From contig JAKVBW010000001.1 in the NCBI GenBank assembly GCA_022446945.1, positions 1-58,327 of the forward strand: a stretch of 58,327 nucleotides of DNA, given 5' to 3'. The position numbers and the translations under genes are program-made. Source of the DNA: Phycisphaerales bacterium (GTDB taxonomy: Bacteria > Planctomycetota > Phycisphaerae > Phycisphaerales > SM1A02). Below, in pieces: positions 28,257 to 37,023 of this stretch (positions within the stretch are counted from its first letter, which is position 1; each line of letters opens with the position of its first letter). Below the pieces are notes generated by a model, which did no database searches, had not been told where the DNA came from, and was given only the letters and a program-made list of their open reading frames with translations.

Positions 28257-28436
28257 ATGGCCAAGAAGGCTGCTGATCGTGAATACGTGTGGCTCCAGTG
28301 CACGGAGTGCGGGGATCTCAACTACCGCACAAGCATCCGTGTCAAGGGCGGCATTGATGAGAAGGTGAAGGCTGGCATGAAGAAGTACAGCCCACGCCTG
28401 CGTAAGCACACTCATCACAAGATCAAGAGGAAGTGA
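28257..28436 (+). CDS. rpmG: 50S ribosomal protein L33
   Basis: This 59-aa ORF is below the ORF-track cutoff: MAKKAADREYVWLQCTECGDLNYRTSIRVKGGIDEKVKAGMKKYSPRLRKHTHHKIKRK. The L33 hallmarks are xxxCTxCxxxNY and K-Y-x-P-x-x-x-KHT. Its position between tuf and tRNA-Trp/secE is a conserved context. Confidence 0.9.
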   Translation: MAKKAADREYVWLQCTECGDLNYRTSIRVKGGIDEKVKAGMKKYSPRLRKHTHHKIKRK

Positions 28437-28465
28437 CCGCACGCCGGGGCGGATCCCGGCACGGA

Positions 28466-28538
<73 letters not shown>

Positions 28539-28584
28539 TTGCAGGCCTGAGTGAACGTCCTACTCGAGGTAATGGAGGCGAAAC

Positions 28585-28992
28585 ATGTCCGCGATCTACA
28601 AATCAGGGCAGGGATACTGGGTTCGAACGATGTCGGCGTATGGCCTTGGGGCTGTCGTCGCGCTCGGCCTGGCCTGGCTTTGGAAGGAGTTCGAGGGCGT
28701 GACACTGTTTGGCCTTGAGCCAACCTATGTTCGAGTCGGGATCATGCTCTTGACGGCGATCGTGTTCGGTTGGGTGGGTTGGATGATCATCGGAACGCGA
28801 CGACGGACTGTCGAGTTTCTCATCGCCACCGAGGGAGAAATGCGAAAGGTCAATTGGTCGAGCCGTCGGGAGATCGAACTCTCGACTCGTGCCGTCATTG
28901 GATTGACAATTCTGATCGCTTTGTACTGCTGGGTCTTTGACATCGTATTTGCCAGCATCTTCCGCTGGATGACAGTTCTTCGAACCGGGTGA
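28585..28992 (+). CDS. secE: preprotein translocase subunit SecE (3-TM long form)
   Basis: EFLIATEGEMRKVNWSSRREIELSTRAVIGLTILIALYCWVFD matches the SecE C-terminal signature (E-x-x-KV-x-WP/S-x-R-x-E). It lies directly upstream of nusG. Confidence 0.8.
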   Translation: MSAIYKSGQGYWVRTMSAYGLGAVVALGLAWLWKEFEGVTLFGLEPTYVRVGIMLLTAIVFGWVGWMIIGTRRRTVEFLIATEGEMRKVNWSSRREIELSTRAVIGLTILIALYCWVFDIVFASIFRWMTVLRTG

Positions 28993-29028
28993 TGAATCAC
29001 CCGGCATATTGCTTCGGCGTGAAGAGAA

Positions 29029-29709
29029 ATGGTGGGGTTGCAAATCATGACCACTGAACACGAACAGATCGAGGGCGCCGACAACACATCCGTTGGTGTT
29101 GAGGGGACTCAGGATGACAATGCATTTGATCCTGCAGTCGACATGCCCATGTATCGCCAAGGCATGGACTGGTTCGTGCTGCGAGTCGCCTCCAACAAGG
29201 AAAGTTCGGTACGCGACACGCTTCAGCGGAAAGTCGAAATCGAAGGACTGAGCGATCGCATCGGCCGCATCATGGTGCCGACGGAGAAGACCCGGACACT
29301 CAAGGGTGGCAAACAGCGCATTAGCGAAACCAAACTCTATCCCGGCTACATCTTTGTCGAGATGATGCTTGAGGATGGCCGCATCCCACAAGATGTCTTC
29401 TTCCTGATCAAGGAGACAACAGGCGTGGGAGATTTCGTCGGAACAGCTGGGCGGCCGACACCCATGTCGCCTGCCGAAGTTGAGAAGATGCTCTTTGATT
29501 CGAAAATGCCGGACGCCGAACCAGAGGTCAAACTCGAGTTCGTTCCAGGTGACCACGTCACAATCAAGGAAGGTCCTTTCGAGAGCTATGAAGGCACGAT
29601 TGACGAAGTCATGCCCGAGAAGGGCATGGTTCGCGTCCTTGTCACCATCTTCGGCCGTCAGGCACCAGTGGAATTGGAATACTGGCAGGTTGAGAAGGGC
29701 GACGAGTAG
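29029..29709 (+). CDS. nusG: transcription termination/antitermination factor NusG
   Basis: The NGN domain reads WFVLRVASNKESSVRDTLQRKVE...LYPGYIFVEM, and the KOW motif reads GDHVTIKEGPFESYEGTIDEV. The start may be ATG 29047. Confidence 0.9.
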   Translation: MVGLQIMTTEHEQIEGADNTSVGVEGTQDDNAFDPAVDMPMYRQGMDWFVLRVASNKESSVRDTLQRKVEIEGLSDRIGRIMVPTEKTRTLKGGKQRISETKLYPGYIFVEMMLEDGRIPQDVFFLIKETTGVGDFVGTAGRPTPMSPAEVEKMLFDSKMPDAEPEVKLEFVPGDHVTIKEGPFESYEGTIDEVMPEKGMVRVLVTIFGRQAPVELEYWQVEKGDE

Positions 29710-29804
29710 CGCTCTTGGCACAACAGCTCAGGATCTTGGGGGGCTGTCAGTAAGAGCGTGACCGCAGCCGGTAGGCTGCGTTGACACACAAGGAGAGATC
29801 CAGC

Positions 29805-30761
29805 ATGTCGATCACAGGAATCCTGTTGACAGTCATCGCCAATCCTGCCCCCATGTGGGCCGGACCTCTTTCGTTCGGTTTCCAGGAGGGAGCGGTTGCT
29901 CCAGTCGAGCAGGAAGTCGCGCCATTGGGACAGGGAGAAATCGGTCCGACGGAAGCATCGATTTCAGTTGGCTGGGTCTGGCAACTCCGCACTGATCTGA
30001 CGGATACTTCTGGAGGGCAGTATGCGCTCAATCGGGGACATGCCGTTGCACGGGTCAAGCTTGCTCTGAGCGACGAACTCGATCTTCTCATCGGCGGACG
30101 GTATCAGCGGGATGATTTCACATTCAGCGGAATGGTTGCGCCATGGTCGACGATCAACACGACGAGCTTTGCAGCAGGCCTTCAATGGCAGGCGGATCAA
30201 CAGTTGCAGATCTTCGGCGGTGGCGAGGCTCGTTGGGCAACGGAATCAGGCGGCTCTACCGGAGACGGTTTTGAAGTTGGTGGCGCGATCGGTGCCGCAT
30301 ACGCTTTTTCACGTTCACTCGTGCTGGGCGGTGGGCTCGGTGTGCGGTCACAGCTTGAGGACAGCGCGCTCTTCTACCCGATCGTGGTGGTCGAGTGGCA
30401 GATTACGGATCGCTTGGCCCTCTCTACACAATTGACGACAGGCTGGGCGAACCGCACGGGTGCTGAACTGGTGTACGAAGTTGAAGATGGCATCGACGTT
30501 GGCCTTGCAGCTGTATTCGATTATCAACGATTCCGATTGAATTCAGACGCTCCAGGTGCTGGCGGTGTTGGAACGACAGAGGCATTGCCGGTGACGTTGT
30601 TCATTTCATTCGAACTTGACAAGCGTGCCAGCGTGACCGGATTTGTAGGGGCAACGGTATATGGCAGGCTCAAGAGGATCGATGCCAACGGCACAGATCA
30701 ATGGACGAGCGATCAGGATCCTGCTCCCGTGTTGGGGATACAGGGCACGATCAGGTTCTGA
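29805..30761 (+). CDS. hypothetical outer-membrane beta-barrel-like protein
   Basis: ATG 29805 is preceded by AAGGAGAG. It has the signal-like N-terminus MSITGILLTVIANPAPMWA and alternating hydrophobic/polar beta-strand periodicity with Gly/aromatic girdles. The C-terminal residue is Phe (...IQGTIRF). I recognise no family. Confidence 0.45.
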   Translation: MSITGILLTVIANPAPMWAGPLSFGFQEGAVAPVEQEVAPLGQGEIGPTEASISVGWVWQLRTDLTDTSGGQYALNRGHAVARVKLALSDELDLLIGGRYQRDDFTFSGMVAPWSTINTTSFAAGLQWQADQQLQIFGGGEARWATESGGSTGDGFEVGGAIGAAYAFSRSLVLGGGLGVRSQLEDSALFYPIVVVEWQITDRLALSTQLTTGWANRTGAELVYEVEDGIDVGLAAVFDYQRFRLNSDAPGAGGVGTTEALPVTLFISFELDKRASVTGFVGATVYGRLKRIDANGTDQWTSDQDPAPVLGIQGTIRF

Positions 30762-30815
30762 CCACCTCACTTGAGGGCTATACACCGTGGTTGATGCCAC
30801 GTTAGGCTGAGCGAC

Positions 30816-31787
30816 ATGGCAACTGCCTTCCATGATGATTGGAACAATCTTCGCGATGAACTGGGAAAGGTCATCGTGGGTCATGCTGACGTGGTCGAAG
30901 GCGTATTGACCGGTTTGTTTGCAGGCGGCCATGTGCTTCTTGAGGGTGTGCCTGGACTTGGTAAGACGTTGCTTGTGCGGTCGCTTGCTCAATCGCTGTC
31001 ACTGGACTTTTCTCGCATCCAGTTCACTCCTGATCTGATGCCAGCAGATGTCACCGGAACGACGGTGGTGGAGGAGGATGCAGACGGACGCCGTTTCGTC
31101 TTCAGACCGGGTCCCGTCTTTGCGCAGATTGTGCTTGCTGACGAGATCAACCGCGCGACTCCCAAGACGCAGTCTTCCATGCTTGAGGCCATGCAGGAGC
31201 GTGCGGTGACCGTAGGCGGTGAGACGCGGCAGTTGGGCCCACCCTTTCTGGTCATGGCGACCCAGAACCCCATCGAGCAGGAAGGGACCTATCCCTTGCC
31301 CGAGGCGCAACTGGATCGATTCTTCTTCAAACTGATCGTGCAAGGATCCAGCCGTGAGGAGTTGTGCGAGATCTTGGATCGCACGACATCGGTGTCACCC
31401 GAGACAGTGAAGCCGGTCATGGATGCCGAGACGATCCTTGCGCATCAGCAGGCGGTTCGAGCGGTGCAGCTTTCGGATGCGATGCGGTTGAACATTGCCA
31501 CATTGGTACTGGCCACGCATCCTCATCGCGAGTTTGCGCCAGCGAGGGTTGACCAATATGTGCGTCTCGGCGCGTCGCCTCGCGCAGGCCAGGCGATTGC
31601 GCTTGCAGCGAAGGTCGCTGCATTGCGGGCGGGCAGGGATGCTGTCAGTGAAGATGATGTGCGTGACGTGGTGCTGCCAGCGGTGCGACACAGACTGATT
31701 CTGAATTTCGAGTCGCAGGCTGAAGGCATCACCGCTGATGATCTCTTACGGGATGTTCTCGAAACGGTCCCGTTAAGTCAGGCCTGA
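30816..31787 (+). CDS. MoxR-like AAA+ ATPase
   Basis: Motifs seen are HVLLEGVPGLGKTLLVRSLAQSL (Walker A), RIQFTPDLMPADVTGT, VLADEINRATPKTQSSMLEAMQE (Walker B/sensor) and ATQNPIEQEGTYPLPEAQLDRF. Confidence 0.85.
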   Translation: MATAFHDDWNNLRDELGKVIVGHADVVEGVLTGLFAGGHVLLEGVPGLGKTLLVRSLAQSLSLDFSRIQFTPDLMPADVTGTTVVEEDADGRRFVFRPGPVFAQIVLADEINRATPKTQSSMLEAMQERAVTVGGETRQLGPPFLVMATQNPIEQEGTYPLPEAQLDRFFFKLIVQGSSREELCEILDRTTSVSPETVKPVMDAETILAHQQAVRAVQLSDAMRLNIATLVLATHPHREFAPARVDQYVRLGASPRAGQAIALAAKVAALRAGRDAVSEDDVRDVVLPAVRHRLILNFESQAEGITADDLLRDVLETVPLSQA

Positions 31788-31820
31788 CCCTCGATGGTTT
31801 CTGATGAATCCTTCCCCGGG

Positions 31821-33374
31821 CTAAGGCGCGATGCGCTTCAGGGGTTCTGGAGGAAGTTGGTCCCAGTTCGACCAATCGAAGGATGACGGGTCAAGGGTCA
31901 TGTTCCAGGGTACGCATGGTGTAGGCCACGCATCGATGTTGGACGTCAAGTGGTGATGACGCGCAAATGCGAATCGTGGTTGATCACAGCGCACCCAGTC
32001 TTCCGGTAAGCGCAACCGGCACAGCCAGGCATCATCCGTCACGCGTACGTGCGCAATGGGAGTGGCAGCTGTGGGGCCCTTGGTGGATTCAAGGCCATTG
32101 GGAGAAATGATGACCTCATAGGTTCCAGTACCACAGACCATTTGGATGGTCACAGCCTCGCCATCAAGCAGGGTTGAGGAAGCCCCAGGGGTGCGGCACT
32201 CCAACATCAACTCCCAGCGGCCCATCAATCGTCGAAGATGCGCATGCGTTTGCAGATCCTCACGTCGCGGCGTGGGAGGTTGGCCCAGAGCAACATCCTC
32301 GAGGGTCCGTGGTGGGTGGAATGGTCCGACCAGCAGGCCTGGAGGTTCCACGATGTCAGGTTCACGGTTCACCGGGAGCAGCAAGTGATTGACGCCTACT
32401 TCCACCAGTAGTGGCGTGCGTTCCAAGCCCTCTTCTGCAGGCTGACCAACCTGCATAAGTGCCCGCGAAGCCACCTGTGTCGCAAGTGGGATCTCCCCTC
32501 CACGTGCCCAGGCAATCTCGGCCAGAAGCGCTTGTGCCGATGCGTTCGCCAGCGACACATCGACCGGGTTGTTGTGAGCCCTGTCAATCCAGACATGAAG
32601 AGGCGTCTGCCGTTCGCACCATCGTAGGAAACGCTCAGCAAGCGGATCGTCCGGTCTTTCGGCTTCATTCGTCATGACAAGCAACTCCGCGAGCGCATCT
32701 CCTCTTGTCAGCCAACCGGCAATCGGCCCAAATGGAGAGTTGACGATTCCAGTGAGAAGTTCACTGACCTGTCGTGCCACACCGGCATCCGCCGCATGGA
32801 TGCGGTGCAGAGCGCGTCTCCAAGGACCGAGTGTGGCGTTTGCCACAAGCGCATCAGCGGAGTTGCCAAATCGATCTGGATCAATGTCAGCCAGGCCTAG
32901 AGCCGCCGCCAGTTCGCACCGCCAGGCTTGCGTGGGGTCGCCCAACGGCAGATGTGACCATGATCCGCTCGCAGGAGGATGACGCTGGGAGGCCTGACGC
33001 AGCGGCGGCATACCGGTCGGTAGCGGCTCCCACTCAAGTGGGATTGTCGCGTCTGCAATTCTCAGATTCCCTGCGCCGTCATCAGGCAGTTCAATGGCAA
33101 TGTACGGCGATGCGCCGTCTGCGCTTTGTGTGGAGGCACTTGTTTGGACGACTGGAACGGACCACTCGCGGTGGGTGAGGATTTCCTGCCTGAGAAAGAT
33201 CACAGTCGCATCAAGTGTGCGCGTGCCCTGATCTGAATCAAGCAGTTCAACCGTGAGTGGTTCTAATGGGGTCGTCCTGAGCGGCAACAACATCACCCCT
33301 CCGCCGAGCGCCAGCAACGGGGGAGCGGGCGCGGCAGTTGCAGCAGCCAACAGAATCGAGATCGCAATTGACAT
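31821..33374 (-). CDS. hypothetical secreted protein (517 aa), translationally coupled to gmk
   Basis: It is a long ORF with typical codon usage and the signal-like N-terminus MSIAISILLAAATAAPAPP. Its ATG shares a base with the gmk stop (TGATG at 33372-33376). I recognise no domain. Confidence 0.6.
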   Translation of the reverse strand: MSIAISILLAAATAAPAPPLLALGGGVMLLPLRTTPLEPLTVELLDSDQGTRTLDATVIFLRQEILTHREWSVPVVQTSASTQSADGASPYIAIELPDDGAGNLRIADATIPLEWEPLPTGMPPLRQASQRHPPASGSWSHLPLGDPTQAWRCELAAALGLADIDPDRFGNSADALVANATLGPWRRALHRIHAADAGVARQVSELLTGIVNSPFGPIAGWLTRGDALAELLVMTNEAERPDDPLAERFLRWCERQTPLHVWIDRAHNNPVDVSLANASAQALLAEIAWARGGEIPLATQVASRALMQVGQPAEEGLERTPLLVEVGVNHLLLPVNREPDIVEPPGLLVGPFHPPRTLEDVALGQPPTPRREDLQTHAHLRRLMGRWELMLECRTPGASSTLLDGEAVTIQMVCGTGTYEVIISPNGLESTKGPTAATPIAHVRVTDDAWLCRLRLPEDWVRCDQPRFAFARHHHLTSNIDAWPTPCVPWNMTLDPSSFDWSNWDQLPPEPLKRIAP

Positions 33375-33973
33375 CAGGCCGAAGTGTTTGCCGCACGCCG
33401 GCGAGCGTGAACGAGTTGGCAGGCTTCTTCCACCGCTCGGTCGAGGTTGTCGTTCACGATGAAAGCATCATAGATTTCGCGGCCTGTCGCAAGATCGATC
33501 TCACGCCGCGCTTCCTCGAATCGCCGTGCAATCGCTTCCTCGTCGTCGCGGCCTCTGGACTCGAGTCTGCGCCGAAGTTCCACATCATTTGGCGGAAGGA
33601 TGAAGAGCATGTAGGCGGAGGGCATCTGCGATCGCACCTGAATGGCGCCCTGTACATCGATGTCGAGCATGATGAGCTCGCCATCTTTCAATGCACGTTC
33701 GACGGGTGCTTTCGGTGTGCCATATGCATGGCGCCCGAACACTTCGGCGAATTCGAGAAAATCATGATTCTCTCGCATCCGATTGAATTCTTCGGAAGTC
33801 ACAAAAAGGTAATCCTGACCATCGACTTCGTCCGCACTTCGTGGGCGTGTTGTTGCCGATACGCTGAAGTGGCCACCCAGTTGCTCTCGCACACGATGGA
33901 CAATCGTGGTCTTTCCGACCCCTGAGGGGCCAGACACGACCAGCAGTAGACCGGATTCCTCCTTCAATGACAT
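33374..33973 (-). CDS. gmk: guanylate kinase
   Basis: Motifs seen are LLVVSGPSGVGKTTIV (P-loop), SATTRPRSADEVDGQDYLFVTSEEF and YGT. The start is taken at ATG 33973 (MSLKEE). Confidence 0.9.
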   Translation of the reverse strand: MSLKEESGLLLVVSGPSGVGKTTIVHRVREQLGGHFSVSATTRPRSADEVDGQDYLFVTSEEFNRMRENHDFLEFAEVFGRHAYGTPKAPVERALKDGELIMLDIDVQGAIQVRSQMPSAYMLFILPPNDVELRRRLESRGRDDEEAIARRFEEARREIDLATGREIYDAFIVNDNLDRAVEEACQLVHARRRAANTSA

Positions 33974-34104
33974 GGCGGCAGTGTAGATGGCTGGGATTGA
34001 TTCTTGGGCCTGTCTGCAAAGGAATCGACTCACAGGCCGCGCCAGATCCTAGGGAGATCCTTCCGAGTTCCGTCCCATCAGAGTTCGGCCCATACAATCC
34101 CCCG

Positions 34105-35517
34105 ATGTCCCTTCCCGTTGTTGCGATCGTCGGCCGACCTAATGTCGGCAAGTCAAGCCTCCTGAATCGATTCGCAGGCAGACGCATATCGATCGTGGAC
34201 GATGTCCCCGGCGTGACGCGTGATCGCGTGACAGCGCTTGCGGAATTGGAACCACCGCTGGAACTTCAGACCACAGACACGCGATGGGTCGAGTTCACCG
34301 ATACAGGCGGTTGGGGTGTGTACACCACGGAAGACACGCGTATTGATGATGCGGGTCACGATCTTGCCTCCTTGACCAGTGATATCGAAGGCCAGATCGG
34401 TGAGGCGATGGAGCGCGCCAGAGTCATACTCTTCATTGTGGATGCGCGGGATGGGGTTGTGCCGCTTGACCAGACGGTTGTGGATCTGATCCGCAAACGG
34501 CAGCTTGAAGAACGCGTCATTATTGTCGCCAACAAGGTGGATGACGAATCATGGGTGCCGCATGCCATGGAAGCTGCGGGGCTCGGGATGGGGATACCAC
34601 AATGTGTTTCGGCCACGAGCGGTTTCGGCATCCGCGATCTGCAAGAAGAGATCTGGACGCGTGTCGAGCAAGGTGAAGTGCCTGCGGACGCAGAAATGAA
34701 AGTAGCTATTGTCGGTTGCCGAAACGCAGGCAAGTCGACGCTCATCAATGCTCTTGCAGGTGAAGAACGCTGCATTGTTTCCGAGATTGCGGGCACCACA
34801 CGTGATGCCGTCGATGTGCGATTCGAAATGTCAGGCAAACCATTTGTTGCGATTGACACGGCCGGACTTCGTCGGCGAAAGAGTTTTTCCGGAGATGTCG
34901 AGTACTACGCCTATCACCGCATGCTCCATGCCATTCGGCGCAGTGATGTCGTGTTGTTCATGATCGATGCGACGCGCAAGGCCTCACAAGTGGATCGAAA
35001 GCTGGCCCAGGAACTGCAACGGCAGTTCAAGCCCACGGTGCTTGTTCTGAACAAGTGGGATCTTGTGCCAGAGGGAACCGACTCCGAGGAGTTTGCCGAC
35101 TATCTCACAAGGGAACTGCGCGGGTTGGATTTTGCGCCCATCGTTTTGGTCAGCGCGGAGAATAGTGAAGGACTTGAGGATGTCGTCACCATGGCTTTCA
35201 ATCTCTGCGAACAGAGCAGACATCGCGAGCCCACCGGGAAACTCAACGCAGTTATCGAGTCAATACTCAAGCAACGTGGCCCATCCTCCCGTCTCGGCAC
35301 ACAGGCAAAACTGTTCTATGTCTCTCAAGTCGCGATCAATCCGCCAACGATTGCCATGGTCGTGAACGACCCCAAGCTCTTCGAAGGGCGTTATGAGCGT
35401 TATCTCATGAACCGGCTTCGCGAAGAAATGCCCTTCAGCGAAGTCCCCATTCGCCTGATCTTCTCGAAACGGACGCGGAAAGGTCTGCAGGACCTCAAGA
35501 CAGGCAGTCCGGGCTAG
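34105..35517 (+). CDS. der: ribosome-biogenesis GTPase Der (EngA), double GTPase domain
   Basis: The first G domain has VAIVGRPNVGKSSLLNR and DTGG. The second has VAIVGCRNAGKSTLINAL, DTAG and NKWD. A C-terminal KH-like domain follows. The start is taken at ATG 34105. Confidence 0.9.
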   Translation: MSLPVVAIVGRPNVGKSSLLNRFAGRRISIVDDVPGVTRDRVTALAELEPPLELQTTDTRWVEFTDTGGWGVYTTEDTRIDDAGHDLASLTSDIEGQIGEAMERARVILFIVDARDGVVPLDQTVVDLIRKRQLEERVIIVANKVDDESWVPHAMEAAGLGMGIPQCVSATSGFGIRDLQEEIWTRVEQGEVPADAEMKVAIVGCRNAGKSTLINALAGEERCIVSEIAGTTRDAVDVRFEMSGKPFVAIDTAGLRRRKSFSGDVEYYAYHRMLHAIRRSDVVLFMIDATRKASQVDRKLAQELQRQFKPTVLVLNKWDLVPEGTDSEEFADYLTRELRGLDFAPIVLVSAENSEGLEDVVTMAFNLCEQSRHREPTGKLNAVIESILKQRGPSSRLGTQAKLFYVSQVAINPPTIAMVVNDPKLFEGRYERYLMNRLREEMPFSEVPIRLIFSKRTRKGLQDLKTGSPG

Positions 35518-35695
35518 TTCGTTCGTTCAGAAATCTCACTTTACCCCTTTGATTTCGTCTACAATGCGGCCTTACTCGCGTCTCACTCAGCAGGTATGCC
35601 GAACGGCCTGCTGAGGCTGATACCCCTCGTCGGCGACAGCGCACATTGTTCAAGGGGCCACGGTTGTCAGCTCATGCGACCGTGGCGCGAGCCTT

Positions 35696-36982
35696 ATGTC
35701 CATCTTTCCATTGCCTGTCTTCGAGGAGGATGCCGATCCCACGCGTCGAGACGCGTTGACGCTCGAGGAGCAGCTTGCTGCCACTGAGGCGCCAAAGACC
35801 ATGGTGGTCCGTTTTGGCCGCATGAAGATGATCGGCGAGTATGAAGTTCGCAGCCCGATTCGTGCGGGCTGTGGTTCGAAAATCGTTGTGCGCACACACC
35901 GCGGAATTGAATTGGCAACGCTTCTGACAACGACATGCCCCAACAGCGGTTGTCCGACATCTGTTTCGCGAAAGGAGATGCTTGACTACATCGACGCATC
36001 AGGTGGCAAGGACTACCCCTTCTATGACCGCGGACGCATCCTCAGAATCGCGACGGGGGAGGATCTTCATGCCTACACAGAACAATCGGGCCAGGCGAGA
36101 CAACTCTCAGAACGGGCTCGAGAGTCTGCACGATTCTTCAATCTTGACATGAAGATCGTTGATGCGGAAATGACCTTGGAGGGAGAGCGGGGCGTTGTCT
36201 ATTACCACGCCGAAGAACGCGTGGATTTTCGAGAGATGGCTCAGGATCTTGGCGCAGAATTCCGTTGCCGCATAGACATGAGACAAGTCGGCGCACGGGA
36301 TGAAGCGCGCCTTGTCGCCGATTATGAGCGGTGCGGCCAGCACTGCTGTTGCAAGAACTTCCTGAAGGTCCTCAAGCCAGTCTCGATGCGATCGGCCAAG
36401 CAACAAAAGGCGACACTTGACCCATTGAAGATTTCGGGCAGGTGCGGACGTTTGATGTGTTGCCTGAGATACGAAGACAAGACTTACAAGGATCTCAAGT
36501 CCAATCTTCCACATCGAAAGGCGCATGTTGGAACCATTGAAGGTCCGGGGACTGTTGTCGATGCACAAATACTGACCCAACTTGTTCGGGTGAAACTCGA
36601 TCATGATGGTCGTGAGATTGCAGTAGCCGTTGAAGAGCTCATGCCACCTGATGAATGTCCCGAGCCAGGATCGATTCCGCCCCCGCCCATGACTGCGGAC
36701 GAAGAGCGAATCCCGGAGCAGAAGGCCAAACGCAAACGTCGTCGCCGAAAGGGTCAACCTAAGGGCGTTGATGAAGCGACTCAAGCGGCAGCACCAGAAT
36801 CCAGCGGCGGAGCCAAGAAGAAGCGACGTCGTCGTCGTGGGAAACGCGACGATGCGAAGCCGAATCCCACAGCAGAGTCTTCCGGATCTGATAACGAGAA
36901 GAGCGCCCAGGGATCCACCAAGAAGAAGCGGCGTCGCCGCCGTGGGAAGCGTGGGGGCAAGAAGCCACCGCCAACCACCTGA
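35696..36982 (+). CDS. PSP1 domain protein (RicT/YaaT-like) with a long poly-basic C-terminal tail
   Basis: The PSP1 core reads DMKIVDAEMTLEGERGVVYYHAEERVDFREMAQDLGAEFRCRIDMRQVGARDEARLV...CGRLMCCLRYE. The tail carries three copies of K-K/R-K-R-R-R-R-R/K-G. Confidence 0.8.
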   Translation: MSIFPLPVFEEDADPTRRDALTLEEQLAATEAPKTMVVRFGRMKMIGEYEVRSPIRAGCGSKIVVRTHRGIELATLLTTTCPNSGCPTSVSRKEMLDYIDASGGKDYPFYDRGRILRIATGEDLHAYTEQSGQARQLSERARESARFFNLDMKIVDAEMTLEGERGVVYYHAEERVDFREMAQDLGAEFRCRIDMRQVGARDEARLVADYERCGQHCCCKNFLKVLKPVSMRSAKQQKATLDPLKISGRCGRLMCCLRYEDKTYKDLKSNLPHRKAHVGTIEGPGTVVDAQILTQLVRVKLDHDGREIAVAVEELMPPDECPEPGSIPPPPMTADEERIPEQKAKRKRRRRKGQPKGVDEATQAAAPESSGGAKKKRRRRRGKRDDAKPNPTAESSGSDNEKSAQGSTKKKRRRRRGKRGGKKPPPTT

Positions 36983-37023
36983 AGCATCTTCTCTTGGCAG
37001 GGCCGCGGTATGCTGAGGGGTAC

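Noticed and set aside
35590-35615. The hairpin cagcagg-tatgccgaacgg-cctgctg, and a TACAAT box (~35562), in the der/PSP1 intergenic region, considered as a possible terminator plus promoter.
   Set aside because: The stem is only 7 bp with a 12-nt loop and no U-tract. I could not pair the TACAAT with a properly spaced -35 element. This is too weak to annotate.
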